From: Flaccisagitta enflata
Taxonomy: Eukaryota
Assembly: GCA_965153355.1 (NCBI GenBank)
Contig: OZ231126.1
Coordinates: 12,338,001 to 12,402,000, forward strand
Length of the DNA stretch: 64,000 bases
Direction of reading: 5' to 3'
Position 1 is the first letter of the stretch. Each line of letters opens with the position of its first letter. Under the pieces are notes generated by a model. It was given only the letters and a program-made list of their open reading frames with translations. It searched no databases and had not been told where the DNA came from. Shown here in pieces: positions 40,262 through 56,061 of this stretch. A program made the position numbers and the translations under genes.

Positions 40262-40471
40262 CTCTCTCATTCCTAATCTTATTCTCTCTCTCTCGATTGC
40301 AAAAATGGTAATAAAACAAATTTTTGGAAAAGGTGAAAAAAGTAAAACAAATTTTGCGGTTTAAACTTACGTCGGCCGATGAAATGTTAATTTGCTTAAA
40401 GATGTAAGGAAAAAAAAAGAAGGTGGAAACGGAACGAGACGGACAGCCTGTCTCCTTGGCGCCGGGGAGGG

Positions 40472-40531
<60 letters not shown>

Positions 40532-40786
40532 TGATTCATATTTTCATAATATTGTTATTCGTTATTGCATATTGTACCATGTTTTTCAGTGTGTTGTTGA
40601 TCTGTGCCACACATTCAACAGTAAATAGATGCCAGTTATCATATACTATATAATATAAACGTCATATGTAGACACTTGTCTGTGACTTTCTTTGTATGCC
40701 TGCCCACCTGCCATTCCAGCTGATAACTGAACTGGTTTTTGGTCATTTGGCAGAGATACCACTTTTAAGATCTTTCTGCCCAGTAG

Positions 40787-40838
<52 letters not shown>

Positions 40839-41163
40839 ATTATGGCGCCTGGTGTCGGAGTTGAATTTGCTGGCAATCGTCGGTTGCCGTGAAATATCTC
40901 TCGATCACCTTTTTCCAGGTCTCAAGACCAAGGGGTCAACAACACATGATGATGATGGTTTCAGGCAAGAGAGAGGGTGGGGGTGAAGGATGAGGAGACG
41001 GGGAGGAAGAGAAGGGGAATCCGGAGGAGAGGGAGAGGGAGGGAAGGTGAAGTGGGGGTGGGGGTTGGGGGTGAAGGATGAGGAGGGGTGAGGAAGAGGA
41101 GGAAGAGAAAGGGGAAGAAGTGGCAGAGGGAAGAATAGTGGTGGTAATTAGAGTAGTTGGTGG

Positions 41164-41783
41164 TTTTTGGGCAGCGGCCCCGAAGGGGACGAAGTCCTGT
41201 AGAACACAGGGGGACTTTCGTTCGTCCGTCCGTCCGTCCGTTCGTTCGTCCGTTCGTCCCCCCCTATCAGGCCCCTCAGGCCTTATATGTGGCCTCTCTG
41301 GCCTCAAATCTGGCCTCTCAGGCCTCAAATTTGGCCTCTTAGGCCTCAAATCTGGCCTCTTAGGCCTCAAATCTGGCCTCTCAGGCCTCAAATCTGGCCT
41401 ATCAGGCCTCAAATCTGGCTTCTCAGGCCTCGAATCCAGCCTCTCAGGCCTCAAACCAGCCTCTCAGGCCTCGAGTCAGCCTCTCGGGCCTCAAACAACC
41501 TCTCAGGCCTCAAATCCAGCCTCTCAGGCCTCAAATCTAGCCTCTTAGGCTTCGAAACCGGCCTTTCAGACCTCAAATCCAACCTCTCAGGCCTCAAACC
41601 TGGCCTCTCAGGCTATAGCATCTCATCCACTTGTTCAGGCAGGACGAACGAAAGTCCCCCTGTGTTCTACAGGACTTCGTCCCCTTCGGGGCCGCTGCCC
41701 TGCTTCCGCTCACTCCAATTCATAATCACTCAAAGCAGGGCAACGGGTATCGCTGACCACATATTGCCCTTGGGCGACCTGTT
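41164..41783 (+). mobile_element. Long-IR HINE-like element with 21-bp minisatellite
   Basis: IR 41169-41227 / 41642-41700; (ctctcaggcctcaaatctggc)n core; same tail as 1973-2055. Confidence 0.8.
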
Positions 41784-42002
41784 AAAAATCAAGTGAGGGG
41801 GATGCCAGGGGGAGAGAATGGAGGAAGTGGTAAAGGACCAAAGGACCAAGGTTAGTTGGAGAAGAAGAAAACGAGGAGCAGGAACAATGCCAAGGGCGTG
41901 AAGAGGAGAAGATGGAGGGGAAAGTTGGAAAGGAAAATCACGAGAAAATTAGAGAGAAATTGACGGGGGGAAAAGGATGAAGAGGGAGCGAATTCAGATA
42001 CA

Positions 42003-42037
<35 letters not shown>

Positions 42038-43025
42038 ATTATGAACAAACAGTAGAATGGACATAAAGAAAGAAACAGTAAGAAAGAATAACGCCAGACG
42101 GTATGAAAAACAAAAGATAAAACTATTATAGAGAGCGGGAAGCTGGTTGAAAAAAAGAAAGAAAACAAACTCTAGACATATGTATATAAATCTAAAATAG
42201 ACAGAGATTTGAAGTTGTCGAAAAACAAATGATAAGGAAGGTCTCTCATCTTTCTCTCATCGATGTTCTTTTGTCATATTTTCTAAAATTGAAATGTGTT
42301 GAAAAGCCGCCAGGAGCCGCAAGCAGTCGAAGAAAAGGAAAATGACGCCCAATAGAGTTATAATATCATATATACTATCCTATTAGACCATCCTATTGTG
42401 CTATACTATTTACGTCTTTTGTGTTTGCTACGCTTTGACAAATTCTTTTTAAAAGATGATAAATTTGGACTATTGCACCTCCTGCTACTGGTTCCCGCTT
42501 AAAGAAGGATTTTGTCAATGTTACATTCATACGATAATCAAGGTAGATATTACATAATAATATTTAATAATGAAAAATAATAATTTCATTTTGGCCGTGG
42601 TTAAGACAAGTTTGGCCCGAGGTTTAAAAAGAAAACTGAGATATCGATTCCCATAAGAGATGCATTTAAATCACTGTTTTACATTCGAATTATATGTTTG
42701 GATTGAACCGCGAAATATTATTGGGATTAAGGTGATGATTGATCCCAAATAGTTACGCCCTGCCAGAAAAGGCTCACTGAGGCATGAGTGCCGGAAAAGT
42801 GCCCGAAAATAAATTGCAATACCCTTTAGGACTCTGAAGTACCCTAAAGTATCCTAAAGTACCTTAAGTACCTAGAGTGCCTTTACTGCCTATAGTACCC
42901 TTAGGTACCCGCTAAAATACCCTGAAGTACCCTGGAGAACCCCAAAAAGTGCAAATTTTAAAGATGTTTCCGACGGACGGATCAACACAGCAAGTTCTGC
43001 TGTCGCGTGCACGCGACTAAAAATA

Positions 43026-43267
43026 AACAAGGCCGGATACACGGCTACCCCAGCCGTGTGCGGGTGGGCAGGGGCTGTAGTTGAGGTCACTTGATCATTT
43101 GGGCAGGAGCAGTGAGGCCAAAGACTACAAAAAAAAAACAAAAACAAAACAAAAAAAGTAAAGTGTGACGGACAGACCAACGGACGGACGTGCCCACGGA
43201 CGCACCGACGGACATACAGACGAACGGACAAAGCGGGCTGTAGAGTCGCGTAGCACGCTACTAAAAA
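43026..43267 (-). mobile_element. HINE-like element (another abuts it, ending at 43022)
   Basis: aacaaggccggatacacggc ... gtcgcgtagcacgctactaaaaa. Confidence 0.7.
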
Positions 43268-43493
43268 CGCCAGGCGCACCATTCGCCTTTTGCATTGTTT
43301 ACAGCAAACTGTACACTTATGTAGATACAGGTAAGGTTCACTAAAGCGCATTTCAGCTAGAAGTATTCCTTGTAGTGAATCTTTGATGGGACATAAAGTT
43401 CCATGTCTTATAGGCGGGCATGTTCGCTAAAGCGGTTTTCCACAATTTAAAGTTGTGTTATTGAGAAAAGGTAACACGGAGCACACAACTGTT

Positions 43494-43642
43494 TCGAGTG
43501 ACTGACGCTACCGAGAATTCTCGGTAGCGTCAACGATGACAACTACACATTTTGACGCTACTGAGAATTCTCCATAGCATCAATATCCATTCTCTATTGT
43601 GATGATTTGGAAACTAATAATTGACACTACTGAGAATAGTTT

Positions 43643-43730
<88 letters not shown>

Positions 43731-46217
43731 AAGTTTTATTGCAAACATATTTATGCATTGAATTTTTTTTTATCAGTGGAGGGATTTAAGCAGATAATCT
43801 AAACCAACCTGGAAAAAAATATATCCTCAGGTTTTTTAAATAGTTTTATATTGTTTAGCAGTAACTTGTAACTTTTTTCTATTCTTTATTCTCTATCTCA
43901 TATATTTCATTTTTACTCTTTATTCAACTTTTTACTTTGGACTTATTTTTTTTTATTCATGTCATATTTCATCTTTTACATCTCCAATTTACTTTTCTTA
44001 TTTCTTACTATTAGGGCCAACGGTTTTTGCATCAAATCAATTGAACACCCCAGCCTGCAGCTTTTTTAAACAGACTATGTCTATACTGTTGAAAACCACT
44101 CGCTATATGACTTTTCTCTGTGATTTAGAGGTGCCAGATTTGATATTTTGATCATAACTTGATGGTGGTTGTGGTAAAAATGTCAAATTAAGGTCATTTT
44201 GGCTGCCAAATTGGGCCACGTAGCCTTAGAAATCAGACCTAAAATCCATGAGATTATAAAACTACAGCTCAAGATCTCACTAGGGGTGCAATCCGCATGT
44301 TTCTATCATTTTTCGTTTAGATTTGAGAGCATTTCAAAGATGAAAGGGTTTGAAGGGAAAATTGCGGCTTCAATTTCAGTGGCAATTTTGACATTTTTCA
44401 CAAATTTCAATATTTTGCGGCTTTGGATGGACCAATCTGCATAAAATTGGTGATCAAATTGAAGAGTTTTTCCTGTTCTAGCTGATGGTAAAAAAATTTT
44501 TGATCGATATTCCCCCAAAAAAATTTTAGAGACTGTAGAAGCAGGTGCAAAAAAGTCGATTTTTTTGCAAATTGGTCAATTTTGGATGAAAAATTAGGCC
44601 ACTTCCAATTCATAAAAAGACTTAAAATCCATGAGCAAAATAAAGTACTGCTCAGGAGCTAACCAGTGGTGCAATCGGCGTGTCAATATGTTTTTGCATT
44701 TAGATTTTATAGAACTTCAAAGATTAAAATACAAAAATTGTTACTTTGACATACCCTTAGATCTTTGAAATTCTATAAAATCTAAATGCAAAACATATTG
44801 AACATATTCTAATTTACAGGCAATACTATTTTGCTCATAATTTCAATCTTTATGAATTGAAGTGAGCATAATTTTCATCAAAATGACCATTCCCAAAAAA
44901 TCATTGTTGCTCACTGCTCTACAGTCTAAAAAGAGTCTTTGGGAATATTGATCAAAAGAACATCAGCTAGAATTTGAACTCTTCAGATTTGATCACCAAT
45001 TTTAATAGTTAACAAAAAAGTAACCAGAATTTGTGAAAAAGTTCAAAATTGCCGCATAAATGAGTATATTTTCCCCTTCAAACCCTTTCTCTTGCAATGG
45101 CTCTGATCTAAATGAAAAATAATAGAAAGCTATGCAGATTGCCACTGTGAATCTTAATGAATTTATAATCTCATAATTAGGTTTTGATTTTAATTAAGTA
45201 ATAATTTGTAGCCGTATTCCTAAGAACTGACATTTTACCTGTAATCATCAAGTTATGATCAAAATATCAAATCTGGCACCTCTAGATCACGGAGAAAAGT
45301 CATATAACGAATAGTAGTTAATAGTATAGACATAATCTGTTTAAAAAAGCTGCAGGCTGGGAAGTTCAAGTGATTTGATGTCTAATTTACTTTTCTTATT
45401 TCTTACTATTTTGGAATTTTCATTTTTCATTTTTATGTTTTTTTTTTTCAATTTTTTTGTCACTTTTCAAGCATCACTTTTTATTCTTCACCTTTTTTAG
45501 TTTTTTATTTCTAAATTTTGTTTTTTATTATTCATTTTTTCTTTTTTTTTTTCAAGTTCTTAATCATTGTATTTTTCTAATAAAATTGGCATATATTTTG
45601 ATGATTCTTTTTTTAACTTTCAACATTTTTTTTTATTCCATCAAGCAAAGAAACCAATAAAACTCAGGGTTACAATTTTTTCTAAATAGATTTTGTCAAA
45701 TCCCCTTCTATATTTACAATACATTTATAAGTAGCTATATGCAGGTTTAGGATGCATCCTCCTATGTCTGTCAGAGAGTATATCCATCTATTTGTTCATT
45801 TGTCCATCCATCAATCCATCCATCCATCTATCTTTCCATCCCTCTGTCCATCTATCCACCCATCCAACTGGTTGCTTCCCTAACATCCATTATTCTGTAT
45901 GAGTAAGTGTGTGAGTGAAAGAGAAAGAAAGAAAGAAAGAAAGAAAGAAAAAAGGAAAGTAAGAACAAAGGAAGGAAAAAAGAAAAAAAGAGGATAAAAC
46001 AATGATAGAAAGAAAAAAAAGAAAAAAAAAGGAAAGAAGTACAGAGCAAAAAAAAGGAAGAGAGAGAGAGAGAGAGAATAAGAGAAAGTGAGAATTCTCA
46101 GTTGTGAGTATGGAAATCTTTCTACCATTTTGACGCAATAGAGAATTCTCTATTGCGTCAAAAACACCAATTCTCGGTAGCGTCAATTTTGCGAATTCTC
46201 TATTGCGTCAAACTCCC
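43494..46217 (-). mobile_element. Second, inverted copy of the 6-bp-TSD element
   Basis: actgtt|tcgagtg ... aaactccc|actgtt; reverse complement of 38848-40102 apart from an internal insertion. Confidence 0.85.
44012..45383. mobile_element. Foldback element (about 1.37 kb) nested in the 6-bp-TSD element
   Basis: cccagcctgcagcttttttaaacaga mirrored by tctgtttaaaaaagctgcaggctggg; symmetry centre near 44745; TAGGG left end. Confidence 0.75.
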
Positions 46218-46596
46218 ACTGTTTCACTGTTGGGTTCGTAAATAATCAAACACAGAAACAGTTTTTGATATTTTTTAAGCAAAAAGCTTCATCGAGCAAA
46301 AGTTATGTTGGTATCTACTATCTTCATGTTGGCAAAATTCGTTGGTAGTTGCTAATTGATCCTACTCTCCAGAGGTTCAACAAGAATGAAAAAAAAAGTT
46401 GGAATGATGTTATTGATGGAATTTATTTCCCACTTTTCACCCTCTTTTTATTCTGTAAAAAAAAAAAAAAGAGAAATCAAGTGAGAATAATTCTGTTGGT
46501 GTTAATTCAGGATTGAGATGCAATTCATTTAACACTCACACTTCAGGTTTTGTTCAGAAATTTGATATCCATTTTCTCACTATTTTGATCTCAATC

Positions 46597-46650
<54 letters not shown>

Positions 46651-46802
46651 CATATTTTGGGTTCATTTAGGTCCATTTTTGTCCATTTTGGCCCTTTTTG
46701 TCCGTGTCCCCGGACCGAGAACTCTGGGTTTTGTCATATTTGCACTCCACCAACATTTTCCAAGTTTGATGATGGCTGGAAAGACGAGACACAAAAAGGA
46801 CA

Positions 46803-46842
<40 letters not shown>

Positions 46843-46964
46843 TAAACGAACGACAAAGATCAAGTTGTACATGGAATTTTCGCAGGTTAGACTTTGAAAA
46901 ATTTGGTGTTGATGGAACCAAAAATCAAATATGAACTAAAAAAAAGTATAAAATACAGGTTTGG

Positions 46965-47000
<36 letters not shown>

Positions 47001-47785
47001 TAATCGGCAGCCATGCTGGCGGCCGAATATCGAATATGACTTTTCATTATGTTTGGTTTAAAGTTGAAACCTTTTGAGGGGAAATTTTTTTTCTCTATCA
47101 TTGAGGGGGATTTCTTTTCTTTAATATTTCTTTTTTTCCTCTTCTTCTTCCTATTCCCCTTTTGTTTAAATGTTTCTCCTCTGATTATTTGCAGACTTTT
47201 TGAGCCAAACAATGGTTTTGGAAAAGGGAGACAAGATCTCAGATTTCCATCTCTCTCTTTTTTTTATTCTATTTTGCCTGTCAGCACTCAGAGAGACAGA
47301 TAATAACAAGCAGATCTGCAGAGATGGATGGAGGAAGGGGGAGAAGGTGAAAGGGAGGAAATGAATACACAGATAAATATATTTGTTGACTGCTTGATCA
47401 TCACCACCGTTGTTTATATTCATGAAATGTTGATTGCTTGACCATCACCAATCATTAAATGTTAATTTAGTGCAAAAAAAAAAAAAAAGAAATAAAAAAA
47501 CTGGAAAAAAAGTGGATTCTTATACTGTTATATCAAGATCAATCATGTCAAAATCAACAATGCAACACAAGGATATGATGACATGACGATGGGAAAAAAG
47601 ACATTGATTTTGGGATTTTCATTCGTGTTGGAAATTCTTCACGGTGTTAAAAACTTAAGGAGTAAATCCCAGTAACAATTTCGTGTTTTTGCTTTTCAAC
47701 TTGAATTTCACATTTTAGTCGCTTCCATTTGACTCTAGTATAGTGAATCCTCAATGATTATTCCATTATAATTATAATTGCACCT

Positions 47786-47948
<163 letters not shown>

Positions 47949-48197
47949 CTCTCAATTACTACGCGTATATTCTGCGGGTTTCTTTAATCTCTTTCCTAAA
48001 AACACGGACAATTCCATTCTTCATAAACTTTCTTCTTTTCTTTCTTAAAAAAAATTTCTTTCATCTTTCTTTGGGTTATTTTGACGTTTTGCGTGGCTCC
48101 TTTTATGTATTTTTAGCCTTTTTAAGCGTCTTTGAATGATAAAAACGCGACAAAAATTCTTGTATCCTCACCTAACATAACGGACATACACAGGAGA

Positions 48198-48304
<107 letters not shown>

Positions 48305-48814
48305 GCGGGCTCTGCGACTCTGTACCCCACTTTGTGTATCCATCGGTCAATCCGTCACACCTTACTTTTGAGTTACGGACACGCAACTCTATTGGAGGCT
48401 TTTTGCTTCCGTCAGACCGTCCATCTGTTGGTGCATAATGATTGAGTCAAAAAGTTTGAAAACGCACATTCAAGATGTGCTTGTAGGTTGTATGTGGTGT
48501 GGATTGGGGGTTGTATTCCCCTGCTCACCCGTCCGCGACGAGCTTCAATGTGTTGAGAAGTGAAGTAAAAAGAGTTTAAAAGATGTAAAAAGAGTTAAAT
48601 AGGTTTAAAAAAAAAGAATGAAAATGATGAAAAGATGTCTATGTCTTCAGTATCAACAATTGCATTTAGTCATTTACGTCTAGCATGCGACCTATAGGTG
48701 TTGGCCTTGTTTCTAGCTCCCCCCCACTTACCAATTGCCCCTCATTTGATCATAGTGTTAACTCACTCTTCGTCCCCTCCTCCCTCACACCCTCCCCGTG
48801 CTTAGTCACTTATA

Positions 48815-48908
<94 letters not shown>

Positions 48909-50374
48909 CTATTTTACTTTCTCTCACTTTCGAGTCTCTTATGTTTGTTCTTTTGTGTAAAGTCTGTCTGGCATCAATTTGGCTCCTCCCATTCTGCTCC
49001 TCTCTCCCACTGATTTGCTTCTCTTCCTCTTTTTAACCTCACCCCCTTTTTCACCCTCTCTCCCTCTGCTTTACACCTCTTCCTCTTTTTAACTAGGCAA
49101 CCTTTTAATCACGAAAATCATGAGTAAGTTGTAATCATTTCCACTGAAGCACGACGTTGTGCATCAGTGGAATGAAGAATAACTGATGCTCTTTGAAATT
49201 TGAGCTTCAGTGGAATTGGAAATAACTGAATTTGTCATATTAGCAAATACATTCAAAATAATCTTTATTTACTTTTATCTGAGGAAATCATCTTCTTTCT
49301 TTTTACCTCTACATAATTGTTAATTCCAGCAAAAACCTGCAAAATGTTTGTCATGTATTTTTCTAGGTTGACGTTTTTTCCTTAAAATGGGACATCTGTA
49401 ACGAACCGCCGCGTCAGACAGACTGCACTGATAGACGGACCGACTCAGCCTGCAACCAGCAGCGCAGCGTAAAGCCTAAAATTGCTTAATATGGCGCGTA
49501 GATGATGCTCAATGAATTGAAGGATACAAAAGTGATTGATTTTCATGCCGCTTCCACCGCCTCCGCTTTTGCTTCCGCTTCCATTTTACAAATACTGCTG
49601 GCTATCCACCTACTAATTTAGAAGCAGTCAACCGCACCCACACGCACATCTCTACTTGCCAGGGATTTACACTTTAGTTAAGGGTCAAAAAATGCTTAAA
49701 GAAATTTTGATTGTTGCACCACTTATTCTTAGATCATTGGAACACGGTTGCGATGCGATCAAAAATTGTTTTCTGCATAAAAATTACTTATCCAAAGGTT
49801 TTGAATTTCAGTAACCACTAAATCTAGGTCGTACCTAAAATTGGATATGTAAGTATATGAGTGGAAGCATATACTATACAGAAATGAGTAGCTTTTGAAT
49901 GTTTTATTTTACTTTTATATGTTAAGTCTATTTTTCAAAAACATTTTTCTAAAGTTTTTTGTTAAATACTTTTTGTTGCACATTTCATAAAATAACATTT
50001 AAAAAAAAGTTGTAACGCCATCCTTTTGCACTGTTTGACATTGTCCAGTAAGTCAATTTTAACAAGAAGAAATGAAGTTGATTTTGCTGCTTTTATTCTG
50101 TTCAACAAGAGTAGGCGTTTTTTTTAGTTGATATTCTAAGAGTTCATCAAGTTCTCCCAGAAGATCAAGTTGGTTCATTCAACAACAATTAGTTTGTTTG
50201 TCGCACCTTTAGAAATTCTATCATTATCCTTTTTTTGCCATTACTCAGTCTAATTGCGAGCCAAAACTTTGCTCTACTTGTTTTTATTTGCCTCTACCAC
50301 TCTCTCTGTTTCTCCTCCTCATGTTCTTTGTTTTCGCCTTCTTCTTTTTCTCTTCTTCTAATTTTCTTTGTCGT

Positions 50375-51180
50375 CTTCTTCTCCTTCTTCTTCTTCTTCT
50401 TCTTCTTCTTCTTCTTCTTCTTTTTCTTTTTCTTTTTCTTTTTCTTTTTCTTTTTCTTCTTCTTCTTCTTCTTCTTCTCCTTCTTCCTCCCCTTCTTCCC
50501 CTTCTTCCTTCTTATTCTTCTTCTTCTTCTTCTTCTTCTTCTTCTTCTTCTTCTTCTTCTTCTTCTTCTTCTTCTTCTTCTTTTTCTTCTTCTCCTTCTT
50601 CTTCTTCTTCTTCTTCTTCTTCTTCTTCTTCTTCTTCCCCTTTTTTCCCTTCTTCCTTCTTCTTCTTCTTCTTCTTCTTCTTCTTCTTCTTCTTCTTCTT
50701 CTTCTTCTTCTTCTTCTTCTTCTTCTTCTTTTTCTCTTCTTCTTCTTCTTCTTCTTCTTCTTCTTCTTCTTCTTCTTCTTCTTCTTCTTCTTCTTCTTCT
50801 TCTTCTTCTTCTTCTTCTTCTTCTTCTTCTTCTTCTTCTTCTTCTTCTTCTTCTTCTTCTTCTTCTTCTTCTTCTTCTTCTTCTTCTTCTTCTTCTTCTT
50901 CTTCTTCTTCTTCTTCTTCTTCTACTTCTCCTTTTTCTTCCCCTTATTCTTTCTTCTTCTTCTTCTTCTTTTTCTTCTTCTTCTTCTTCTTCTTCTTCTT
51001 CTTCTTCTTCTTCTTCTTCTTCTTCTTCTTCTTCTTCTTCTTCTTCTTCTTTTTCTTCTTCTTCTTCTTCTTCTTTTTCTTTTCTTTTTCTTTTTCTTCT
51101 TCTTCTTCTTCTTCTTCTTCTTCTTCTTCTTCTTCTTCTTCTTCTTCTTCTTCTTCTTCTTCTTCTTCTTCTTCTTCTCC
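50375..51180. repeat. 0.8-kb (CTT)n tract
   Basis: Directly visible. Confidence 0.95.
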
Positions 51181-51622
51181 CTCATCCTCATCCTCCTCTT
51201 CTATCTCCCCCTCCATCACGCCGCCGGAGCACTACAATGGCGCCAAGGGAAACATTTTTGCCGTTTTTCTCAGGTTCTGATCTTTTGCGGGAATTCTTTT
51301 TTTTTCTTCTTTTGGATCTGTTCTTTTTTTTTCTCTCTTTTTTCTCTCTTTTTTTTTCTTTTCTTTTCCTTTTGCGGCCACCAACTCAGAAGACAGAAAA
51401 ATCGATCTCATTTCACAAATATCAGCTGGTATCGTTTCTTGGGTATCTTATCTGAGCTCAGCTAATTTGATGAGAGTTCATCATACTTTGGCAATGATCA
51501 TTGATCAGTTTATCTGGCCTTAACTCGTAAATCAATGTGATTAATCATTCATGGAAGAAATAGACATGACAGAATTGTATGGCCAGTTCTGACTTGAACC
51601 AAGTCTAACTTTTTACATAAGA

Positions 51623-51930
51623 ACAGGTCGGCCAAGGGCAATATATGTGGTCAGCGATACCCGTTGCCCCGCTTTGCAAGATTGTGAAATAAAGTGGGAG
51701 GAAGCAGGGCAGCAGCCCCAAAGGGGACGATTCCTGTAGACCACAAGGGTACTTTTTCCGTCTATCCGTCCAGTTTGAGGTCTAAGAGGGCAGATTTGAG
51801 GCCTGAGAGCAGATTTGAGGTCTGAGGGCTGAATTGATGGCAGACAAGCCAGATTTGAAGCCTGAAAGGGCTAATTTGGGGCCTGGGGCTGAGAGGAAAG
51901 GCAGATTTCAGGCCTGAATGGGCAGATTTC
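51623..51930 (-). mobile_element. Partial long-IR minisatellite element
   Basis: aacaggtcggccaagggcaatat...gggcagcagccccaaaggggacga followed by 21-bp units. Confidence 0.65.
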
Positions 51931-52537
51931 CTCCCCAAGAGGGTTGGGGAGGAAATTTTTTGGAAGTAACACAAGGCTCATATGTTGGGATTGTTGGCAT
52001 GCTTGGCCTTGTTAACTTACCATTAGCAACTCTCCATGTAAATGAAGGGAATCTTCAGGACGCTGAAATTTTGATCACCAGCTCATCAATTTCATTTGAA
52101 AAGCGATATTTTGCCAATCAGCACGAAATTGCAAAACCAATTCGCCATTTTCTTATCATAAGCGAACCTTGCTAACCGTCACAAATGGCTCTGATACGTA
52201 CGCAGTATCGTGGCATGTTTTACTAACAGACCTAGAGAGACAGACAAAGGGACAGAGAAAGACCAAATGAGACAGAAAGACCGACAGAGAGAGAAAGACC
52301 AAGAGAGATAAAAGAAGCGAAAGTAAATGATAAATGGGATCCCGCCCAAAGCCCTTGCCAAAGCTAATAACTGAATGATAATAAACGCCTCAAAAAAGTG
52401 TCAACCGCAGTAATAAGATTATGAAATTCATATTTTTGTAACAAAAACATGCGCTCCGAATTTCCAAAAACAAAATGTCTTTGAAGCATAATGTGACAAA
52501 GTACAAGGTTTACGTTAGTCCGTCCGCCATGGCGGTG

Positions 52538-52619
<82 letters not shown>

Positions 52620-53019
52620 CTATGAATAATAGAAATGGGATTTTTCATATTTGTCCAATTAAAACAGTTATGCGCTTCATGTCTTGGCCTATCTACTCAA
52701 ATTCAATTCTTTTCTTTTTTTTCAAAGGTTATTTTTACCAATTATCATTTTTTGGTGAATGTGAAAAAAAGAATGTTCTGAGGACAAGAGGACACTCAGA
52801 GTTCATCCAGGGATGACATTACGAGAAAAAAAAAAAAGTATTGACAAGATTGTTGATAAAAGAATGAAAGCCTTTGGGTTTGCAACATTTCTTGAAATCA
52901 GGTACATGAGCTAAATTTTTCTAAATGTTCTCTTTGGAAGAACATCGTTTGCTAAAATATTGCCATGGTAGATCATCCAGCTTAACCATTTAAAGAAATG
53001 CTGACCAAATAAGCACAAA

Positions 53020-53915
<896 letters not shown>

Positions 53916-54174
53916 TGATGTTGGTGAAGGTCGTAATAGTTGTGGTGATAATGAGGGTGATGGCAAACATGCAAGAGTTAATGGCGTTGGTATCAGTAAC
54001 CATCGAAAGTAAAGGTGGTGGTGGAGCTAGAGGTGTGTTGAATGTTGAAAAAAGCATTCATGAATGTCTCCCTTCATTAGGTTTCTCTCGTTCTCAATCT
54101 TCAATACGCAAAAACATTTTGAGTTCTGCTAACTGGTGACATTTGATATTCTTTTTTTAGAGGATCTTCTTTTT

Positions 54175-54279
<105 letters not shown>

Positions 54280-54378
54280 GACCATAACGAGGTTAGCAAT
54301 AATACACCAATCAATTACGCATCCATAAATTCTGATGAAAGTTTTTCATTTTTTACAATTTTTCATCATTTAAACGAC

Positions 54379-54515
54379 TTTTAGTTGCGTGCACGCCACT
54401 ATACAACCCGCTCTGCCCCACTGTCTGTCTGTCGGTCGGTCGGTCACACTCTGCTTTTTTTCTTCGCCCCTGCCCACCCGCACGCGACTAAGCTAGCCGT
54501 GTATCCGGCCTTGTT
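54379..54515 (+). mobile_element. HINE-like element
   Basis: ttttagttgcgtgcacg...gcacgcgact...gtgtatccggccttgtt. Confidence 0.7.
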
Positions 54516-54599
54516 TTTATCAGTATCGCCACGACGTCTACTACGTCTCTCTCCCCCTTTCTGTCTCTGTCTATGTTTGTCTGTCTGTCTTTCTGCCTT

Positions 54600-54651
<52 letters not shown>

Positions 54652-54744
54652 CCATGTCATTCGGCATTTCTACCTTTCTGTCTGTCTGTATTTCAGTCTG
54701 TGTGTCTGCGGTCTGTTTTTCTGTCTGTGTGTCTGTGTGTCTGT

Positions 54745-54819
<75 letters not shown>

Positions 54820-54853
54820 TTTGTTTGTTTGTTTGTTTGTTTGTTTGTTTGTT

Positions 54854-54886
<33 letters not shown>

Positions 54887-55870
54887 CTGTGTCTGTGCGT
54901 CTGTGTGTGTGTTTGTTGTCTGTTTTTCTCTCAGTCTTTCTGTCTGTCACTGTATTTAATGATTCCAAAAATCGAGTCATTCCATCAGCCTTGCCAAGAC
55001 GAGCCGTGCCGTGAGGTTCAGTTAGTAGTTATCAGTTATCAGTTATCAGTTCAGTTTTCAGTTAGTAGCCATAAGTCTTGTTCAATGTTAATCTGAATAT
55101 AGGAGAAACAATTAATAAATTGCCTTATGGTTAAAACATCGAGTAAAAGGAGTCAAAGGACTCAAAGGACTCAAAGCAAATTCAAAAATCAGTGAATTCG
55201 CTTTCGTTTGATTGGTTTGTATTTTGAAAAATGGCCTTTATAAGCCAGTACCTGTGTTGAAAGAGTGCCACCTCACAAAAAAATAAACCGCATTTAAATA
55301 TGGACGAGCTGCATTAGGCAATTCTACCCGAAGAAAAAGATCAAATCAGACTGCACCGTAGCCCGTGAGCAGTTGCGACTCATCAAGCGGTCGCTAGGAG
55401 AGAACTGATAGAGATCGATGACGAAACAAGCAAGCATTTCCACCGGTGGACATTCACTCAGAGACTCTTTCATGCCGATACACCAGATAGGTTCGGAATC
55501 ATAACACATGTTTAACAATTATTGTCAATGAAGTTCTAAAACTGTAAGTTCTTTATCACTGCTGGTGAGAAACATTATGAATACCTCATGTAAGTACAGT
55601 GGGACCCCGCAATAACGGATCCAAGAGTAACGGAAACCCAGCAGTAGCGGAAGGATTTCATTAGTCCTTGCATTTTCTATTTTATTTCCTTGTATGAAAA
55701 TCCCGCTAGAATCGGTTTCGCCTGTATCGAAAAGTTCGTCTAATCCGCATGACCTGAGCGGTCCAGAGGCCAGTAATCTCTAGGCCAATAACGGAAAATC
55801 GGCATCCATCAATGGCAATCGCCGCGAAGCTAGTGGTGAAATTGTTGGCATCAATAGGATTTCGCGAAAT

Positions 55871-56028
<158 letters not shown>

Positions 56029-56061
56029 TCTGCCGCATGTATGACTGACGCACTACTCATT

